Assembly: GCA_963771355.1 (NCBI GenBank)
Contig: CAVYTA010000007.1
Coordinates: 748,586 to 812,585, forward strand
Direction of reading: 5' to 3'
Source: an uncultured Candidatus Rokubacteria bacterium
GTDB lineage: Bacteria > Methylomirabilota > Methylomirabilia > Rokubacteriales > CSP1-6
DNA: 64,000 nucleotides
This document shows, one piece after another, positions 59,898 through 64,000 of the stretch (position 1 is its first letter; each line of letters opens with the position of its first letter). The position numbers and the translations under genes are program-made. A model generated the notes under the pieces. The model saw only the letters and a program-made list of their open reading frames with translations. It had not been told where the DNA came from and made no database searches.

Positions 59898-62420
59898 TCA
59901 TCCCAGAGCGCTCAGTAATGCGCGCTGTCGGCTCAGACGCGTCGGGCGCTCCTGAGCGAACCGGTGCACCCCGGCAAAGATCGAGTCCGGATCCAGGTGC
60001 GCCTCGGCGATCACGTCTGCCTCGGTGCCGCCGGTTAGCCACACGTTGTCCTGGTCGGCGGTGAGGGAATACTCATCGGTCAGAGAGCCGACGTTGCGCA
60101 GCGGCCACATGCGGCGCGTTCCGCTCATCACGAACATGAGATCCTGGCTGGCCTCGGGCGGCAGCACGTCGTTCCGATAGGCTTCGGGTTGGCGGTCGAA
60201 CAGTTCTTCGCTGATCGCCGCGATGACCTTCACATTGATGCCGGCACTCGTCAGCCGTGGCAGCACGCTCACGAGATTGAACGTCGAACTCGATCCCTGG
60301 GCAACGACGTAGCCGTGTCGTGGCTGGCCCGGCGCGAAGTCGCGGATGACGTAGAGACCCTTGGCGGCGGCCCGCAGGTCGGAGTCGGCGAACGTGTTGC
60401 GGTCGGCCACGCGGAAGTCCGGGCGTGCGACCTCGATGACGATGACGCCAACCTTTTTCTCGCGCGCGGCGATCTCGGCGGCGGCGAAGTAGCCGGGGGC
60501 CACGTCGTTGTAGTCCCAGAAGCTCAGGTTGATGACCTGGTCACGCGGGAACAGCTTCCACACCTGGGGAGCGAAGATCCCGAAGTGTGTGCGCGCGTCG
60601 GCGGCGGTCTCCGGGCCGGAGTGCCCGGCGAGGATGTGCAGGACGCCGGTGCGAAACTTACTGTCCTGGTTCTGCTGGCTCCACACGCGCGCGGGCAGGT
60701 ACATCAGCGGCGTGAAGGCGCCGTAGGTGCCGCTGAACGCCCACACCCCGGCAAACTGGTCGGGGTCCAGCGACGCGCTCTGGCCGACCAGGCCGATGGC
60801 GCTCGACACGTTGCCCGCTTCCTCGATCGCGGCCTTGAGCCGCGTCCCCAGCGGGTTGGTTTCGGGATCGTAGTGGCCCCAGATGCTGCCGTGCTCGAGG
60901 TTGATCGATTCCGAGAGGTCGGCCGCCAAGGTCAGCACGCGATTGTCGGTAACGTGGTTCGCCCATTTGACGATCTCGGACACGGCGCGTCGGGCGCCCG
61001 CCGTCTCGCCCGCCTTGCGGAACAGCGCGATCTTGAGCTGCTTCTCCTTGCCCGAGATCGAATTCCTCACAGTGAGCGTCTGCGGCTCTTCGGGAAGATT
61101 GGCGACCTTGAGACGGTCGTCGAGGAAGGGGTCGTGCTTCATGTCGACGCGGAGCGGGATCTCGGCCGGCACCGAGTCGCCGATCTCGACCAGACGATCG
61201 GCCAGCCAATCCCCGAGGCCATCGCGCTCGAGGACTGACATGACGACGTCGATGTTGGTCTTGAACTGGATGAGCCGCTCGCGCGGGTCGGTGACCGGTC
61301 CGTTGCTGATCCCCTGGAACTCGACACCGTAGCGTGCCTCGAACGTGCGCGCCAGGGCGACGAAATATTCCGAGTTCATCTTCATCCCGTACGGATGGCT
61401 CGGGTAGCCCACCACCTGGTCGCCCGCCCCGGGGATCTTGCCGTTCACCGCGCCGGGCCAGTATCCCTTGGTGGTCGTGCCGATCACGATCATCGGACGG
61501 CGATCCGCCGGATCCCAGGCCTCCATGGTCCGGAGCGCGCCCACGATCTGGTCGTAGTCGTGACCATCCGGCAGTGTGAGCACGTTCCAGCCGTACGAAG
61601 TCCATTGGTCGACCAGGCGGTAGCCGGAGAACTTGCTGGCCACAACGCCGCCGATCAGCGAATCGTCGATGCCGGCGTTGTTGTCGGACAGGAAGATCCG
61701 GAGCCGCTTGCCGACCTGCAGCGCGATCGCCTGGGTCTTGAGCTCCTGGGCGTGTCCCTCGGTCATGGCGAACTCGCCCTCGAGCGCGATGACCTTCGGG
61801 GTTCCCATGGGGGCGCCGATGATGTCCCAGAACGCCGCCTTTCCCGCGGCCGTAGCGATTCCGACGCCCGAGGGGCCCCCGTTGACGTCGTTGGTGAGAT
61901 CGGTGGACTCGATGTGCCCGGACAGCGCCCGGATGCCGCGCCCCTTCGCCTGGGCGAACAGCGGATGGTCCGACAGCCCCTGGTCCGCGAGCAAGGTCCT
62001 CAGCGCGCCGGCGCCGCGACGGAATCCCAGCGCGTCGACCGGCAGCATGGCGACGTCTGGTGCCACGTGATAGCGGGGATCGCCCGTCGCGTGATGCTTC
62101 CGGTACAGCGCCTGCCCCAGGATCATCCACAGCGCGTAGCAGGTGGGCGCGCAGTGTCCCGCCGCCAGCATGAACTTGTCGCCGTACGGATGCTTGGGGC
62201 GTCGGTAGTCATAGCGGAGCCCGCCCAGCTCGGGCCCGGCCAGATGCGCCGCTACGTTGAATGGCGTGTAGGCGAGCGGGCCGCCGAAATGCCCGGTCTG
62301 GGCATAATTGCCGAGCAGGGTGAGAGCCATGCAGGTCATGTAGCCGATGTCTTCCAGGCGGCGCCGGTCGTAGGGAAGCCCTGGTGCCATGTCCGACCGT
62401 GGCGACGTGTGAACACTCAT
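59898..62420 (-). CDS. Divergent single-chain transketolase-like enzyme
   Basis: GHFGGPL, DKFMLAAGH, LSGHIE, ADLSES, HSG...DARTH; GGAG RBS. Confidence 0.75.
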   Translation of the reverse strand: MSVHTSPRSDMAPGLPYDRRRLEDIGYMTCMALTLLGNYAQTGHFGGPLAYTPFNVAAHLAGPELGGLRYDYRRPKHPYGDKFMLAAGHCAPTCYALWMILGQALYRKHHATGDPRYHVAPDVAMLPVDALGFRRGAGALRTLLADQGLSDHPLFAQAKGRGIRALSGHIESTDLTNDVNGGPSGVGIATAAGKAAFWDIIGAPMGTPKVIALEGEFAMTEGHAQELKTQAIALQVGKRLRIFLSDNNAGIDDSLIGGVVASKFSGYRLVDQWTSYGWNVLTLPDGHDYDQIVGALRTMEAWDPADRRPMIVIGTTTKGYWPGAVNGKIPGAGDQVVGYPSHPYGMKMNSEYFVALARTFEARYGVEFQGISNGPVTDPRERLIQFKTNIDVVMSVLERDGLGDWLADRLVEIGDSVPAEIPLRVDMKHDPFLDDRLKVANLPEEPQTLTVRNSISGKEKQLKIALFRKAGETAGARRAVSEIVKWANHVTDNRVLTLAADLSESINLEHGSIWGHYDPETNPLGTRLKAAIEEAGNVSSAIGLVGQSASLDPDQFAGVWAFSGTYGAFTPLMYLPARVWSQQNQDSKFRTGVLHILAGHSGPETAADARTHFGIFAPQVWKLFPRDQVINLSFWDYNDVAPGYFAAAEIAAREKKVGVIVIEVARPDFRVADRNTFADSDLRAAAKGLYVIRDFAPGQPRHGYVVAQGSSSTFNLVSVLPRLTSAGINVKVIAAISEELFDRQPEAYRNDVLPPEASQDLMFVMSGTRRMWPLRNVGSLTDEYSLTADQDNVWLTGGTEADVIAEAHLDPDSIFAGVHRFAQERPTRLSRQRALLSALG

Positions 62421-62465
62421 CGAAGTCTCCTGTTCTCCCAGGCAGATCTGAATATTGTGATGGCG

Positions 62466-63506
62466 CTAAGGCTCGACGCGCTCGATCTTCACGCTCCGAC
62501 CCGTGCGCGCGGACTCGATCATCGCCAGCGTGACCTCCACGACACGCAGCCCGTCCAGGCCGGTCGCGGCGGGCTGGCCGCCGGTGGCGGCCGCGCGCTG
62601 GAAGTCCTCGATCTCGGCCACGTAGTTCGGCAGCAACGCTTCCGGGTAGTCGGCGGTCTCGTTGACAGTGTCGCTCGTGATCTCGAAGTGGCCGGTGCGC
62701 GCTTCCCACATCGAGTGGTGTCCGGCGATGAGCCCGGTGATCCCGTACACGCGGAAATCGTTGCGCGAATCGGGAAGAAGGCGGCTCGCGACCACCTGGC
62801 CGAGCGTGCCGTTGTCGAAGCGCAACGTGAGGCAGGCGAGCTGCTCGAGCGGGCGCGCGACCGTCTGGCCGTCGGTGACCGCGGTGATCTCGTCCACCTC
62901 GGCGCCGAGCACGAAGCGCAGCAAGTCGACCGAGTGCACGCCGGTGCCCATCATCGTGGACGCGCCCCCGATCAGCTCCGGCGTGTCCCACCACTGCGTG
63001 AGCGGCGTACGCGGCGGTGAGCCGTCGCGGCCGCGCACGCCGAAGGCCCACTGCGCCTGGGCGAGCACGATGCGCCCCAGCGCGCCGGCGGCGACGAGCT
63101 CGCGGGCCCGTCTATAGGCCGGGTGCTGGCGCAAGTTGAAGGCCACGCCGAGCGTGACGGCCGCGCGGCGGCACGCGTGGACCATTCGCACGGCGTCGGC
63201 GATCGTCGTGGCCATCGGCTTCTCGCACAGCACGTGCTTTCCGGCTGCCGCCGCCTGGCCGACGTGCTCGGCGTGCAGGGCGTTCGGCGAGGCCACGAAG
63301 ACACCGTCGACCCGCGAGTCCTTGAGGAGGTCGCCGAGCTGACTGTACGCCGCGCGCACGTCATGCTTCTGCGCGAACGCCTCCGCGCGATCCTGATCGC
63401 GGCTGTACACTGCGACGAGGTCGCCGCCGTCGGCCGCGGCGATCGCGGGCGCGATCTTGATGTCGGGATGTTTGCCGGTGCTGACGATGCCCCATCCGAA
63501 CGCCAT
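62466..63506 (-). CDS. Gfo/Idh/MocA oxidoreductase
   Basis: WGIVSTG, VASPNALH, GKHVLCEKPMA. Confidence 0.92.
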   Translation of the reverse strand: MAFGWGIVSTGKHPDIKIAPAIAAADGGDLVAVYSRDQDRAEAFAQKHDVRAAYSQLGDLLKDSRVDGVFVASPNALHAEHVGQAAAAGKHVLCEKPMATTIADAVRMVHACRRAAVTLGVAFNLRQHPAYRRARELVAAGALGRIVLAQAQWAFGVRGRDGSPPRTPLTQWWDTPELIGGASTMMGTGVHSVDLLRFVLGAEVDEITAVTDGQTVARPLEQLACLTLRFDNGTLGQVVASRLLPDSRNDFRVYGITGLIAGHHSMWEARTGHFEITSDTVNETADYPEALLPNYVAEIEDFQRAAATGGQPAATGLDGLRVVEVTLAMIESARTGRSVKIERVEP

Positions 63507-63521
63507 GGATCCTCCTCGCGA

Positions 63522-64000
63522 TCAGGCCGGCCGGTTCGCCTTGAGGAACGTGCGCACGTGCCGCACCGCGAGCGGGATCTTCTCCTTCGTGTCCTTCCAG
63601 GGGTAGAAGGTCATCTCGGCCTTCGGGGACAGCATCGCCGACTCGAGGGCGGGCTCGTAGGGGTGCGAAGGGGTCTCGTCCGGCATGACCAGTACGGGCG
63701 CCGGGCAGCCCTGGACGACGTCGCGCGGCACGCTGAACACGAAGTCGGCGTTCCTGACGTACATCCGGGTCAGGAACTTGTCGATCATGTCCATCGTGAG
63801 GTCAGGCCGCTGCTTGACCAGCGTCGGCCCCCAGGTCTGCAGGCTGTTGTCGTACATGGGGTTCGATTCCTTGCGGAAGCCGACGGGCTGCGACACGACG
63901 GCGGCGACGATGCGCTCCGGCGCGCGCTCGACCAGCTTCCAGATGAACGGCCCCCCGATGCAGTAGCCGATCACCATGAAGCGCTGGATGCCCAGGTGAT
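63522..64000 (-). CDS. Alpha/beta hydrolase, 3' part
   Basis: GYCIGG nucleophile elbow; runs off the window end. Confidence 0.75.
   Translation of the reverse strand, partial: HLGIQRFMVIGYCIGGPFIWKLVERAPERIVAAVVSQPVGFRKESNPMYDNSLQTWGPTLVKQRPDLTMDMIDKFLTRMYVRNADFVFSVPRDVVQGCPAPVLVMPDETPSHPYEPALESAMLSPKAEMTFYPWKDTKEKIPLAVRHVRTFLKANRPA

Overview
High-GC bacterial chromosome segment. The gene repertoire (zinc-ribbon adenylate cyclase/AAA/TPR proteins, tandem ABC substrate-binding proteins) suggests Methylomirabilota/Rokubacteria; this is inference only. 1-13.3 kb is intact housekeeping DNA: pheS-pheT-zapB-like-zapA-6S RNA-rny-ymdB-folD-xseA-xseB-ispA-eno-ftsB-GT2, ending at an initiator tRNA-Met. 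From that tRNA to at least 50.9 kb lies a tandem stack of island segments. They are separated by four further copies of the tRNA 3' end plus a conserved arm; three copies are palindromic attP-like sites. Three segments end in an IS91/ISCR-like HUH element: two carry a transposase gene and one is internally deleted. The main observation is a same-orientation array of ~114-bp copies of the element's oriIS end, downstream of the second transposase. These copies have a fixed inner boundary, separate kb-sized and often gene-truncating cargo fragments, and diverge more with distance from the transposase. This suggests a polarised, cassette-like DNA-capture array. Cargo includes a small protein/ferritin-like di-iron/IucA-IucC cluster, a probable UxxC selenoprotein and many gene shards. 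55.7-64 kb holds leuS and a catabolic-type cluster (aldolase, amidohydrolase, divergent transketolase, Gfo/Idh/MocA, hydrolase). Many island genes are frameshifted, possibly by sequencing indels.
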